From contig JBEKFP010000001.1 of assembly GCA_050013255.1 (NCBI GenBank), positions 704,001 through 768,000 on the forward strand: a stretch of DNA of 64,000 bases. The letters run 5' to 3'. The translations under genes and the position numbers were made by a program. Origin of the DNA: Candidatus Bathyarchaeia archaeon (GTDB lineage Archaea > Thermoproteota > Bathyarchaeia > 40CM-2-53-6). How positions within the stretch are numbered: the first letter of the stretch is position 1; each line of letters begins with the position of its first letter. A model generated the notes under the pieces. The model was not told where the DNA came from and ran no database searches. It saw nothing but the letters and a program-made list of their open reading frames with translations. Below, one piece after another: positions 27,974 through 38,805 of the stretch.

Positions 27974-29146
27974 ATGATGAGGGTCCTTATCGCGTCTAAC
28001 GAGCTTTATCCTATTACCGGTGGCGCAGTGGGAACGCTTTACATTGGACGAAAATTCTCTGAAAGAGGACATGAAGTCACTCTGACGGGTCCCCTCCACT
28101 CTGAGAGAAGCAAAGCCGAAAGAGAGCTTGGTTTCAAGGTGATCCCGTTTAATCTACCTTTCCAGGTCTCGAAATTTGTTCCAATTAGGGGACCACGGTA
28201 TCTCGCATATGCTTTCAGTTTCATTCCCCATTTCCTTAAGCTCGCTCCATTCTTCGACTTCATTCTGATAAGAAATTGTCTAGTGGGGTTGTCGGGAAGT
28301 TTCGCTAGTATTATCCGAAGGTCGGGCTGCATGGCGATCAGCCTCTCGGATTTGCTTGCGGGGTTCCTAAAAGAGGACCCTTTCTACCCGAAGTTCTTAA
28401 GCGATATTTTGCTCCTCGCCGAGAAGCAGATTCCGAAGTCTTTTCCGCTTGTTTTTGTTGTAAGCCCCTTGATGAAGAGAGAGTTGACGCGAGCAGGTGT
28501 TCCTGCTCAAGTCATTGAGGTAACTTTTGACGGAGTAGATGTCAACAGGTTTGACCCTAACATTGAACCGGCGGTCGTCTTTGATAAGCCAACCGTGATT
28601 TCGTTTGGTTCGCTTGATTGGCATCACGGTGCGCATTTGCTGATTGATATTGTCAAGGAGGTACAGAAGCGTCAAGACGTTCAATTCATGATCGTCGGCG
28701 GCGGACCCGCGTATCCGTACCTCGCGAGGAAACTAAAAGGTCAACCTTATGTTCTAATGACCAATTTTGTCCCGTACGGGAGCCTTCCAAGCTACATCGC
28801 TTCATCTGATTTGGGAATAATTCCTTATCCCAAAAACTACTCACTCGATTTAGTCCTCACACTGAAACTCCTTGAGACTCTATCTATGGCACGACCCGTA
28901 GTCTGTTCAAACCTGGCTAGTGTGAAAGAGGTTTTCGGCGGATATGAATTTCTGAAAATCGGTGAAGACTTGAAAACCTTTGCTGATCGAATTCTTGAAA
29001 TCATTAATCTCCCAAGAAGTGAAAGGAAAAGGATAGGACTGAGAGGAAGGGAACTCGTAACGGACAAATTCTCTTGGGATGTTGTGACCACTGCGATGGT
29101 AACGAAATGCGAGAAATTGTTCTTGGAGTCTAACAGAACAGGATAG
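27974..29146 (+). CDS. GT4 glycosyltransferase
   Basis: GG..., GVDVNRF, IVGGGP and LKLLETLSMARPVV motifs; C-terminal FSW. Confidence 0.88.
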   Translation: MMRVLIASNELYPITGGAVGTLYIGRKFSERGHEVTLTGPLHSERSKAERELGFKVIPFNLPFQVSKFVPIRGPRYLAYAFSFIPHFLKLAPFFDFILIRNCLVGLSGSFASIIRRSGCMAISLSDLLAGFLKEDPFYPKFLSDILLLAEKQIPKSFPLVFVVSPLMKRELTRAGVPAQVIEVTFDGVDVNRFDPNIEPAVVFDKPTVISFGSLDWHHGAHLLIDIVKEVQKRQDVQFMIVGGGPAYPYLARKLKGQPYVLMTNFVPYGSLPSYIASSDLGIIPYPKNYSLDLVLTLKLLETLSMARPVVCSNLASVKEVFGGYEFLKIGEDLKTFADRILEIINLPRSERKRIGLRGRELVTDKFSWDVVTTAMVTKCEKLFLESNRTG

Positions 29147-29169
29147 GACCCCCTAAACGACTTTGATGC

Positions 29170-29480
29170 TCACACTTCAGGCCTCTTGGTAAACTACACG
29201 ACTCGACTTCCCTCAAGAAAACGCTTTACTCTCGATCAACGCAGGCTCTAAATAATCGCATGCCATTCGACTGCTCCTCAGATTTCTACTACCTCGTTTG
29301 GTTTAGCGTCAGGCTTGAGAATCCAGTCGTGACCTCGATGACATTACCTTGCTTCCGTCGAGTTCCTTGAGCCTTCGCGTAATATCTTCAAGGAAGCCAT
29401 CGTTATCATACATGAGCTGGCCATCGTAGGTCATATCTAACAAGATTGGGAGATCTGTCCTCTTCAGGAGTAAGAAAGTT
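29170..29480 (-). pseudogene. Decayed MNT-HEPN toxin-antitoxin remnant
   Basis: PILLDMTYDGQLMYDNDGFL..RLKEL, frameshifted to WILKPDAKPNEVVEI* (stop 29278-29280), then MACDYL.. decaying; typical archaeal MNT C-terminus and HEPN N-terminus. Confidence 0.55.
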
Positions 29481-29490
29481 GATGGCCGAG

Positions 29491-30801
29491 TTACGACGGG
29501 ATCTGTTTGAAGGGAAAATACCAAGCGAAACCAACTAACACGAGTAGAACGTAAACGACTACGACAGCTCTTGGAATATGCTTGTTGCTAAACATTAGAG
29601 CGATGCCGCCCGCCACAGCAGGCACTGTATTCTGGAAATAGAAGATGTACGAGATTCTGTGGCCGATGTATGAAAGCGGGAAGAAGGGGAAGTATGTGGC
29701 CGCGAACCAGCAGAGCAGGAAGAGCGCGAGCTGGCTGTTTCGTTGGTCGTAGCGGTAGAGCGCATATGCCATGGCTGGAATGGTCAGGTAGATGATGAAT
29801 GGGTTCATGGCCCCCCAGAAAGATATGGTTTGGTAGGTGACGCCCCCCGAGGTCACGCTTACTCCGAGGTATTGAATCGGGACCTGGTTGAGGAGCCAAT
29901 CAAGCGGCTGACTCTCAATACCCGTCGGCACTGGTCGAACTAGCGCAAGCGTATACGTGTAAATGAAGCGAATGTGTTCAAAGGGGTTACTCCCACTCAC
30001 GAAACGATCTAGAGCAAACAGGAGTACAAATCCTGTTGCGGCATAATAGAAACCAAAGGGCAGCAACCATTTCAGCTTCGGGACAAGTACAGACCTCCAC
30101 TTCTTCACTAATTCACTCGGCCGCACATCCCTAAGCAAGTGAAAGATTGCGATCGCAAGAAAACCGTAGAATCCCCCTATTTTAGTAAGGGTGCTTAGCG
30201 CGAGGGCTACCGCAGAGAGTTTAGTGCGATCCCAGAAGTACAGATAGAAACCCAGCAGCATGAATGCCAAGGTGAAAATGTCGAGGATGGCAACTCTACT
30301 ATCAACGAAAATTAGGTTATCGAAGCTGAACAGAAAAGTAGCCAGGAAAGAGTATTTGCCATTCTTCGAAATCCTCTTCATCAGGAGGTAGAATAGAAGA
30401 ATCGAAAGTGACCCCATAATTACGCTCGGGAGGCGCCAACCCCAAGCGTTGTCGCCGAGTATTCGCATCGAGGCTGCGATAATCAACTTAGCTAGCGGCG
30501 GATGTTCCTGGTTCGGATCTGTACCGGGGAGTGCGTTAGGGTACGGTATCCTCGATGGGTCCGGTCCTTGAGGCCATCCCAACAGGTTCCTTGCCACGTT
30601 CACATAATAGTACTCGTCAAAGATCAGTGTCCCACCAGTGCCATACCCACCTGGAATGTCAAGCCACACGACTCTCAAGGCGACTGAGACAAGTAGCAAA
30701 ACGAGAAAGTATCTGTCCCATTTGTACCCCAAGCTCAAGTCGAAGAACTTTCCTTTTGTCTTTGATTTCTCTGTCCCGGTGGTTTCTTGCGAAGTTTCCA
30801 T
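29491..30801 (-). CDS. Dolichyl-phosphate-mannose:protein mannosyltransferase-like (PMT/GT39)
   Basis: IFDEYYY, EHPPLAKLII, WGWRLPS, SRVAILDIF, S.PLDW and R.SYIFYF motifs; multi-TM. Confidence 0.85.
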   Translation of the reverse strand: METSQETTGTEKSKTKGKFFDLSLGYKWDRYFLVLLLVSVALRVVWLDIPGGYGTGGTLIFDEYYYVNVARNLLGWPQGPDPSRIPYPNALPGTDPNQEHPPLAKLIIAASMRILGDNAWGWRLPSVIMGSLSILLFYLLMKRISKNGKYSFLATFLFSFDNLIFVDSRVAILDIFTLAFMLLGFYLYFWDRTKLSAVALALSTLTKIGGFYGFLAIAIFHLLRDVRPSELVKKWRSVLVPKLKWLLPFGFYYAATGFVLLFALDRFVSGSNPFEHIRFIYTYTLALVRPVPTGIESQPLDWLLNQVPIQYLGVSVTSGGVTYQTISFWGAMNPFIIYLTIPAMAYALYRYDQRNSQLALFLLCWFAATYFPFFPLSYIGHRISYIFYFQNTVPAVAGGIALMFSNKHIPRAVVVVYVLLVLVGFAWYFPFKQIPS

Positions 30802-31259
30802 AATTGATCCGCATTTTCTTTTGTCAAACTAAGTAATGTCTCGAATCACGGTTTACACTCTATTTATGACATTCGGGTGTAATGGCATCTTGCATGAAGC
30901 TCCAGAAACAGTCGGAACAACTAGAGAGAGAAACGATTAGGTCTGGTGCACTAGCGGGAGAAAGTGGTCAGCCTTCCTCATATGAAAGCAGCTATTCTTT
31001 TGCCCATCCCATAATCTTGTTTATGATTATTTCTTCGATTGCCGCACGAAAGAATGACTACGATAAGGGTGGCACCTCAAGCCTCAGGTCCCTGTTTGAC
31101 GGCCTACCTATGAAAACTGCCAGCAAAGGAATTGTTGTCGTTACACCTGGCGGTAGGAGAAGTTTCGGATTCGTGTCGATATCTCCGGAAACTTGGTTAT
31201 TATCAAGTCTAGGAGAGGAAAAGGCCTAATTGCAGGGACACACACAACCATCCACTCCG

Positions 31260-31284
31260 GCCAGTTCAAGCTGAGTAACCGTGC
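31260..31284 (+). promoter_or_regulatory. Conserved leader shared by two mucin-like genes, copy 1
   Basis: GCCAGTTCAAGCTGAGTAACCGTGC, 24/25 identical to 33627-33651; ends in the GTG start. Confidence 0.6.
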
Positions 31285-32918
31285 AGACCAGCTCTAACGA
31301 GAAACAAGAGCGTACTGTTAACAACAATGCTGCACGGTATGCTATGTACGCTGCGATAGTTGTCGCAGTTATTCTGGTCGCGGTGTACCTGAACCCTGTT
31401 CCTGCGGCATACTCTCAAGATTGCACGGCAATAATTGCTGCCACTACGACGGATACTGTAAGCAACACCTACGTGTTCACTTTCACTGTGAATCCTTGCG
31501 AAACCACAACTCAGACAACTACTGAAACCACAACTCAGACAACTGGTGAAACCGCAACTACGACTGCTTCCACTGAGACGGTTACGGCTACTGCGACTGC
31601 GTCTACTGCAACTGTGACCGCGACGGAGACAGCTTCCACCGCAACAGTTACAGCTACTGAGACTGCTTCAACAGCAACGGTGACTGCAACAGAGACCGGC
31701 TCTACTCAAACGGTAACCGCTACTGAGACTGGTTCCACTCAGACGGTTACGTCTACTACGACTCCGACTACGACTGCGGCTACTGTCACGACGACGCCAA
31801 CTCAGACTGCGTCTACTGTAACTACGACTCCAACTGAAACCGCTTCGACTGTGACGACGACTCCAACTACGACTGCTTCTACTCAGACTCTGACGGCTAC
31901 TACCACTGGTTCCACTCGGACAGTCACCGCGACAACCATAGCTACAACGACGGTGACAACCATAGCTACAACGACGGTGACAGCACTTGTGCGCACAATT
32001 GTTGTGTCAACAAGTACAAGCTCCACGACTGTTACGACACTAGTAACACAGTCTGTGACTATTACTACTATTACTAATACGGCAACTCGCAGTGTGGTTG
32101 TTACCACTACGACGGTTTCTACCCAGTCCGTGACCGCGACAAAAACAATTGCAACTCAACAAGTCGTATTTACTACGATAGCAACAACTCGGTCTTTGAC
32201 CGCAACTAACACTGTAACTCAGTCTGCAACTGTAACTAACACCGTGACTCAGTCTGCGACGTCGACTACGACTGGGTCCACGGCTACGGTGGCTTCGACT
32301 ACTACGGCGTCTACTGAGACTGTGATTTCCACTACCACAGCTCCAACTGTGACGACGACGCCTACTCAAACTAAGTCTGCGACAATCACAAACACTGTTA
32401 GCGTTACCAATACTAAGACCGCTACGGCGACAATTACTAACACTAAAACTTCAACCCGATCCGCTACGACTACAAGTACCACAACCGCGACTGCGACCGC
32501 AACTAAGACTACAACTCAACCTGCAACCGTGACCAGTACTCAATCGGTTACGATAGTTGTCGCGGCTTCTACGGTTACGGTGACTCCAACTCATACTGCG
32601 GCTACCGTGACCACAACACCCATAACGACCGCCCCTACCGCAACTGTGACCAATACTAAGACTCAATCTGCAACTGTCACTAGCACTCTATCTGCAACCG
32701 TAACGAACACTAAGACTACATCTGCAACGGTTACAGTGTTAGTCATAGGTTCTACGATTACCCAGACTGCTTCGGCAACGGTCACGAATACCGCGACGCT
32801 GACCACAACGGCGTCTACCGAATCCGTCACATTGACTACGACCGCTTCGGAGACTGTTACTACGACTCCGGGTTCCACTGTAACAGTTACAGAAACCACC
32901 ACGGTGACAACTAGCTAA
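31281..32918 (+). CDS. Thr-rich mucin-like surface protein
   Basis: N-terminal hydrophobic helix then about 470 aa dominated by Thr/Val/Ser/Ala; no C-terminal anchor. Confidence 0.8.
   Translation: MQTSSNEKQERTVNNNAARYAMYAAIVVAVILVAVYLNPVPAAYSQDCTAIIAATTTDTVSNTYVFTFTVNPCETTTQTTTETTTQTTGETATTTASTETVTATATASTATVTATETASTATVTATETASTATVTATETGSTQTVTATETGSTQTVTSTTTPTTTAATVTTTPTQTASTVTTTPTETASTVTTTPTTTASTQTLTATTTGSTRTVTATTIATTTVTTIATTTVTALVRTIVVSTSTSSTTVTTLVTQSVTITTITNTATRSVVVTTTTVSTQSVTATKTIATQQVVFTTIATTRSLTATNTVTQSATVTNTVTQSATSTTTGSTATVASTTTASTETVISTTTAPTVTTTPTQTKSATITNTVSVTNTKTATATITNTKTSTRSATTTSTTTATATATKTTTQPATVTSTQSVTIVVAASTVTVTPTHTAATVTTTPITTAPTATVTNTKTQSATVTSTLSATVTNTKTTSATVTVLVIGSTITQTASATVTNTATLTTTASTESVTLTTTASETVTTTPGSTVTVTETTTVTTS
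31551..31925 (+). repeat. Coding tandem 33-bp (11-aa) repeats
   Basis: TATETASTATV-type and TTTPTxTASTV-type units with synonymous divergence. Confidence 0.75.
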
Positions 32919-33205
32919 ACAACAACCGCTTGAAGCGGCGGATGCGCGCCTCTCCGTTTCCTCTTTGAAGATAGGGCTCGAGCTATCCAGAAATCCTCAA
33001 AGGCTCTACGTGCTTGGTGGGACAGGCTTAGAGAAAAAGTCATGCTAGCTCTGTGACTTTCTCTTGAATAATCTTCCAGGCTAACGCTGTGTCTTCCCGC
33101 GTGGTCTTCAGGTTGCGGATGGCAAATCGAATTCGGAATCTTCCTCTCAGCATAGCGTGATTTCTTGAACTGCGTTTGTGGCATGGTGAATGAATGTGAC
33201 GTACT

Positions 33206-33337
33206 ATGATGATCACTCCGACCGAGACTGCGTCCATAGTCACTACGACTACAACTGTAACAGCGGCTGCGACGATGATGAGCAGGGAGACTCATACTAC
33301 CACTGAAACCGTTATAGTGAAAATCACGAGCACTTAA
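33206..33337 (+). pseudogene. Short Thr-rich mucin gene fragment
   Basis: MMITPTETASIVTTTTTVTAAATMMSRETHTTTETVIVKITST*, resembling the neighbouring repeats. Confidence 0.4.
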
Positions 33338-33626
33338 CTGCTAAGTTCCTGTATCGCCCTCCTTTGAGGCGCTGCGTAGGTCTGGGATAGAAGAATTTTC
33401 GAGCCTGATTCAAGCTTAGGTTAACCCTCAAGTATCGGAAGAAGCCCGCCCTGGTTTGAACGCTCATTATCCCCCCGTTTTTCTCAATCTACCTCTAATA
33501 TGCGGTCGTGGATCCGTTGCTGCGTTGCTGTATATTGGGGGAAGGATGCGCGCCTAGGCTAGATGCCTTCTTACATGGAACTCAGATAATGACTAAATGC
33601 AAGGACGCATACTAGCGTTCATTTAC

Positions 33627-33651
33627 GCCAGTTCAGGCTGAGTAACCGTGC
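33627..33651 (+). promoter_or_regulatory. Conserved leader shared by two mucin-like genes, copy 2
   Basis: GCCAGTTCAGGCTGAGTAACCGTGC. Confidence 0.6.
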
Positions 33652-34685
33652 CAGAAAACACTGTCGAATCGCAACAAAGCGTTCCGGCTAGAGGTAATGC
33701 CGCACGGTACGTCGCGTACGCAGTTTTGGCGGTAGCGATCACAGCTTTCATTATCGGATTTCTTGCCACGCCAGGCTTCTCACAAGGGTTAGGGGTCAAC
33801 GCTGTTGTAACGACCGTGACGCAAGCAACCACGGCAGTAACCACTGTGACTATTAGCACGACTCCGGCCACTACCGTAGTTTCTACGGTTAATACGCCGG
33901 TAACGACGCTAACTATTCCGGTGACCCTAGGCACCACAGTTACAACGATTATAACAGTAGTTTCTCAGCCCACTATTGTTTCCATCGTGGTTTCTCAGCC
34001 TGTTACTGTGCAGATCGTCGTATCGCAGCCCGTCACTCTGAGCACCATAATAACGGTAACCCCAGCTACCACAACTACGACTCAGCCGACCACGGTAGCA
34101 ACGACGACGACCACAACTACGCAGACAACGCCAGAGACGACTTTTACGCCAACTACAACGGCTCCGACAACTACCGTTACGCCAACCGCAACCGTGTTTA
34201 CAACAACTACGACGACACTTACAGCAACCGCGGTTCAACGCACGATCTCTGTGTCAACGAGTATGAGTGCTACGACTGTCACGGTTAGGGTAACTCAGTC
34301 TACGACTATTACTACTACCTTGCCTCGCACTGCAGTTGTCACGGTTTCAACTCAATCCGTGACAGTCCTAAGAACAGTTGCAACTCAGCAGGTGGTGTTT
34401 ACGACAACGGCCGCAACTAAACCTGTGACTGTAACCAGCACTTCAACTATGACTCAATCTGCCACTCGCACTGTGAATGTAGCCACCATAACAATTGCCA
34501 CAACTACGCAAACCCAAACACAAGTCGCAATAACCTTCACACTCACCACGGCTACTCAAACTCAAACTCAAACAGCCGCAACCGTGACCTATACGACAGT
34601 CACAAATGTCAGAACTCAAATTGTGGCTACGATCACGTACACTACCACTACTGTAACCGGAACTATCACTTACGTCACGACATAA
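33648..34685 (+). CDS. Thr-rich mucin-like surface protein (paralog)
   Basis: Shares NAARY plus TM and the VxRTIxVSTS..VSTQSVT..ATQQVVFTT core with 31281..32918. Confidence 0.8.
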   Translation: MPENTVESQQSVPARGNAARYVAYAVLAVAITAFIIGFLATPGFSQGLGVNAVVTTVTQATTAVTTVTISTTPATTVVSTVNTPVTTLTIPVTLGTTVTTIITVVSQPTIVSIVVSQPVTVQIVVSQPVTLSTIITVTPATTTTTQPTTVATTTTTTTQTTPETTFTPTTTAPTTTVTPTATVFTTTTTTLTATAVQRTISVSTSMSATTVTVRVTQSTTITTTLPRTAVVTVSTQSVTVLRTVATQQVVFTTTAATKPVTVTSTSTMTQSATRTVNVATITIATTTQTQTQVAITFTLTTATQTQTQTAATVTYTTVTNVRTQIVATITYTTTTVTGTITYVTT

Positions 34686-35178
34686 GCAAAGGCTGAATAT
34701 CCCCGAATTCTACGCGCCGCATAGCCAGAAGGTTTACTCTCATCATTCGGTACGCTCGAATCCTCTCGGTCGCGCTCCAGTCGAAGCGCAGTCTGCATAC
34801 GAATATTCCCAAAGGAAACCATTAGCTGGTCCCTGTAAACGCTCGGTGGCACTGAATCCCTAAGGTTAGTAGTAGTTGTGTTGCACAAAACAACAGTTAA
34901 ATAGAAAGCCTGACTCCATTCGAGGAGGAAGGAAGGGGCAATCCAACGCGGAGATCAGGAATGAGCGAATTCGGACGAATTTTCGGCCAGGGGATTGGTT
35001 TCGGGTCGATTCTGATTACTAGCTCTGCTGTTTCATCCTCTTTTCATCAACATTGCACTCTTAGGGAAGGGAAATTATACAAGATGGTGTCAGCAAGGCA
35101 AAGTAACCCATTACTTCCTTGCCTGAGTTTGTTTGGGTACGCTATTTCATTGAGGTTTACTAGGGGAAATTTGGATCG

Positions 35179-38100
35179 TTGACAAAGCGTAAGGCCAAAT
35201 CATCTAGGAATCGTAAGGTCAACCCGCTATTCCTACTACTCCTGCTCGCTACGGCGTTTATTCTGGTCTTCTCAACGGTACAAATTCCCGTAAGCGCAGT
35301 ACAGATTTCGCTGTCGCCCCCGAACGGCCCTATTGCGACTCCTGTCACAGTAAGTGGTAGCGCATTCTCAGCTCTTGATAATAGCTGTACTATAACAAGC
35401 GGTACGTCCGGGCTGATAGCTCCAGGTTATGGATGCTCCATAACGCTAGGATCGGGAACCGTAAGCGGCACATTCTCGGTGGGTCCAGGCATCGGGCCTG
35501 GGGGTTACACGGTTACTGTGACTGGCTTCGCCTCCGGCGTCCAGAAGGATTCTGCGTCCTCAACCTTCACTGTGCTTCAACCGACAATTACCTTAACGCC
35601 TCAGTCGGGTCCGACCGGTACAGTTGTAAACGTAAAGTCGGGGGGCGTTAAGTTCAGCGTAGGGGAAACGGGTTGTTCTATTACCAGCCTACCGGCGAGT
35701 TTGACGAATCCTCCGCCGTCAGCTTGTTCGGTTTCAAGCGGAACTGTAACTGGGCAATTTCAAGTGAATGGCGCCGCAACGCCGGGATCCTACGAAGTCG
35801 ACGTTACGGGAACGTCTAGCGGCGCTATCGCTTCAGCTATCTTTACGGTCACGTCAGGGGCAACTGTAATCTCCGTCACTCCGACGGACGGCCCAATCCA
35901 CACGCAGGTAAAACTACAAGGAAGTGGTTTTACTTCTATTGACACGAGTTGCCAAATCACCGCATCACTTGCAAATCTCATCGCGGCGAGCCCTGCACCA
36001 ACTTGCAGCATGGGTTCTGGAAAAATGACCGGAACATTCTACGTTGGTGTCGCTGTAGTCGCTAACACTGGTGCCGTGATCACAGTTACCGGGACGCCTG
36101 GTGGCGACTCTGCTAGTGTGGCTTTCACTGTCGACGGAAGCCCGGTAATCGGCTTTACACCGCCATCTCCAGCGCCTACTGGCACGACAGTCGTGGTAGG
36201 CATAACCGGGGGTCAATTCAGTAGCGGTGACACAATTACTACACCTACGTGCACAATAAGCGCCAGCCCGGGCGGGCTCTTCAGTTCTTCTGCATGTGCC
36301 ATAGGGTCAGGGGGCACCGTATTGAGTGGCACATTCTTCGTTGTCGCTAATGTCGCGTCGGGCAGCACATATACCGTAACGGTGAAGGGTACCCTAGGCG
36401 ATTTCGCATCAGCGACTTTCACCGTTGCTCCTCCTCCATCTGGGGCCGCGATATACCTCAACCCCTCAGACGGCCCTGTAGGTACCGCGGTGACAGTTAC
36501 GGGTACAGGGTTTCCAAGTCAAGATCCAACCTGCACTCTAACATCTTCCGCTCTCCTCTTCTCTTCTTCACCGACGCCTACCTGCAGCATTAGCTCAGGT
36601 AAGATCACTGCTTCATTCAAGGTTGCCACCGGCGCCACTCCATTGAATAATCCATTTACGGTTACGGTCACCAGCAGCAGCGGGGCGGCTGCCTCACAAA
36701 GTTTCATAGTTGACCCGACTCCGATATTATTGCTTACAGGTCCTACGTCCCCGGGTTCCACGGTGCTGGTTAGCCTTGGTAACCCCCCTGCATTTAGCAG
36801 CGGTGACTCTTCTTCCTGCACAATTTCCTCAAGTCCTGGTGGTCTTTTCAAGTCGTCCGCTTGCTTCCTATCGCAGGGCCCACCGCAAAGTTTGGCGGGT
36901 ACTTTCTTTGTTGTCGCCAACGTCGCAACGGGCAGCACCTATATCATTACAGTTAAGGGTTCATTGGGTGACAGTGGTTCAAGTGCCAGTTTCACCGTGA
37001 CGTCTACGACTGGGCCAATATTGGTTGTTACGCCATCAGATGGCCCAAGGGGGGCGAAGATCACCGTTCAAGGAACTGGCTTCTTAAGTATAGACACGAG
37101 TTGCATCATATCTTCAACTTCTGCGGGATCGACGCCCAATATTATCACCTCGCAAAGTTGCAGCGTATCAACAACCACCGGCGTAGTCAGCGGCTCATTC
37201 ATAGTCCTCTCCGGCGCGGACCTGACAGGAAACCCATATACTATCACTGTAACTGGCAGTAGCGGCGACCTCGCGTCCTTTACACCTTTCACCGTCGACT
37301 CAACTCCAACTCTAGCGTTTTCGGTTGGGCCACCCGCCACTCCTGGCACAACTGTTCAAGTATCCATTGCGAATCCTCCTGCGCAATTCAGCAGTGGGGA
37401 CACCTCCTGCTCGATCAGCTCTCTGTCTTCCGGTTTGTTCGCCAGTTCGGCTTGCCGTATAGGATCGGCGGGAACTGATTTGACGGGTACCTTCTTCATT
37501 GTAGCCAGCGTTCCCAGTGGGAGCAGCTACACGGTTGTTGTTACAGGCAATTTAGGTGACACCGCAACAGGGACCTTTTCCGTCACCGTTGGATTATCAC
37601 TTACACTGACTCCCTCGTACGGTTCTCCGGGAGACAAGATTTCGATTGTAGCCAGGGGTCTGCTTGTGACCGACACGTCCTGCAGCATAACATCAAACAA
37701 TGGCGCTAATGGTGCTCCTCTAATAACCTCTCCCGCATGTTCCATCAGCGCTGGAACCGGAACGGGAACGTTCATCGTGGGTCCAACCGCTACTGCTGAT
37801 AGTACATGGACGGTAACTGTGACGGGCAACCCGGGGGGTGACTTAGTCCCCACAGGTTTCACAGTTGTCCCAACGATAACCATCACACCTACAAATGGCG
37901 TCGTCAGCACGCCCGTATCATTTACCGGATCCGGATTCGACAGCTCGACTGCAACGGCTTGCACTGTGTCAATCCTGCCAGTAGTCGCTTTTACAGCCCC
38001 CGGCCCCGGTTGCAATTTTGTTGTCCCGCCTCCTAACGGGAACGGCCAGGTCACTGGCACTTTCACGATTGCCCCAGGGGCGCCTGCAGGTACTTATGTT

Positions 38101-38805
38101 ATCACTGTAACTGATAATTCCATTTTTGCTTTTGCAGCGTCGGCAAGTTTCACCCTTGGTACGCCAATTGCGCAGGTTACGATTTCACCGAATGTTGCTC
38201 TGCCGGGTACTACCGTTGGGGTCTCCGGTTTCGGGTTTAATGGAAATGATGCGAGCTGCACGATTTCCCCGATAGCCGGCGTCATAGCGAGTGCGCCATG
38301 TAATATCTCTGGAGGAACAGCAGGGGGGTCCGTGACCCTTTCCCCGACGGCGCCTGCAGGTACATACCTCATCACGGTTACTGGAAATCTTGGGGATTTT
38401 GCTTCGAACTATTTGGTGGTCATCCTTCTGACTGGGACTCTCACTTCGATAACGACAACATCCACAACAAGCATTACAAGCACAACTTACACAACCATGA
38501 CAACCTCCACTTCTCAATCGCTTACATTCACAACTTTCACTTTCACAGGTATCTCGACGGCGGTCAGCTACGCCCTAACTACACAGACCTTTACGGGTGA
38601 GTCCACGGCCGCGATGATTTCGACGACCACGTCGATATTCACATCTGTTCAAGCCACCGTAACAACGGTAGCAACGACGACTAGCACGCTGGGTCAGGTG
38701 ATTCGGCCTGTGTTTGGGTCAAACCAAACGGCTTATGACGTCGTGGGTTTGATTGCGGTGTTTATGCTGCTCGGGTCGATGGTTCTTAGGAGGTTAGTCT
38801 TTTGA
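35179..38805 (+). CDS. Large surface glycoprotein with about 11 Cys-paired Ig-like repeats, Thr linker and C-terminal TM
   Basis: Signal peptide; about 95-aa units DxxCxI..CS..GxFxV..YxVTVTG..GDxASxxFTV; TM plus RR. Confidence 0.85.
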   Translation: MTKRKAKSSRNRKVNPLFLLLLLATAFILVFSTVQIPVSAVQISLSPPNGPIATPVTVSGSAFSALDNSCTITSGTSGLIAPGYGCSITLGSGTVSGTFSVGPGIGPGGYTVTVTGFASGVQKDSASSTFTVLQPTITLTPQSGPTGTVVNVKSGGVKFSVGETGCSITSLPASLTNPPPSACSVSSGTVTGQFQVNGAATPGSYEVDVTGTSSGAIASAIFTVTSGATVISVTPTDGPIHTQVKLQGSGFTSIDTSCQITASLANLIAASPAPTCSMGSGKMTGTFYVGVAVVANTGAVITVTGTPGGDSASVAFTVDGSPVIGFTPPSPAPTGTTVVVGITGGQFSSGDTITTPTCTISASPGGLFSSSACAIGSGGTVLSGTFFVVANVASGSTYTVTVKGTLGDFASATFTVAPPPSGAAIYLNPSDGPVGTAVTVTGTGFPSQDPTCTLTSSALLFSSSPTPTCSISSGKITASFKVATGATPLNNPFTVTVTSSSGAAASQSFIVDPTPILLLTGPTSPGSTVLVSLGNPPAFSSGDSSSCTISSSPGGLFKSSACFLSQGPPQSLAGTFFVVANVATGSTYIITVKGSLGDSGSSASFTVTSTTGPILVVTPSDGPRGAKITVQGTGFLSIDTSCIISSTSAGSTPNIITSQSCSVSTTTGVVSGSFIVLSGADLTGNPYTITVTGSSGDLASFTPFTVDSTPTLAFSVGPPATPGTTVQVSIANPPAQFSSGDTSCSISSLSSGLFASSACRIGSAGTDLTGTFFIVASVPSGSSYTVVVTGNLGDTATGTFSVTVGLSLTLTPSYGSPGDKISIVARGLLVTDTSCSITSNNGANGAPLITSPACSISAGTGTGTFIVGPTATADSTWTVTVTGNPGGDLVPTGFTVVPTITITPTNGVVSTPVSFTGSGFDSSTATACTVSILPVVAFTAPGPGCNFVVPPPNGNGQVTGTFTIAPGAPAGTYVITVTDNSIFAFAASASFTLGTPIAQVTISPNVALPGTTVGVSGFGFNGNDASCTISPIAGVIASAPCNISGGTAGGSVTLSPTAPAGTYLITVTGNLGDFASNYLVVILLTGTLTSITTTSTTSITSTTYTTMTTSTSQSLTFTTFTFTGISTAVSYALTTQTFTGESTAAMISTTTSIFTSVQATVTTVATTTSTLGQVIRPVFGSNQTAYDVVGLIAVFMLLGSMVLRRLVF

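Noticed and set aside
30882-31229. 115-aa ORF between PMT and the first mucin gene
   Set aside because: No motifs; lies in a probable divergent promoter region
31551-34600. CRISPR-like array or minus-strand Val-rich ORFs
   Set aside because: Repeats are in-frame coding units with synonymous variation and no spacers; antisense ORFs are shadows of Thr codons; no cas genes in the window
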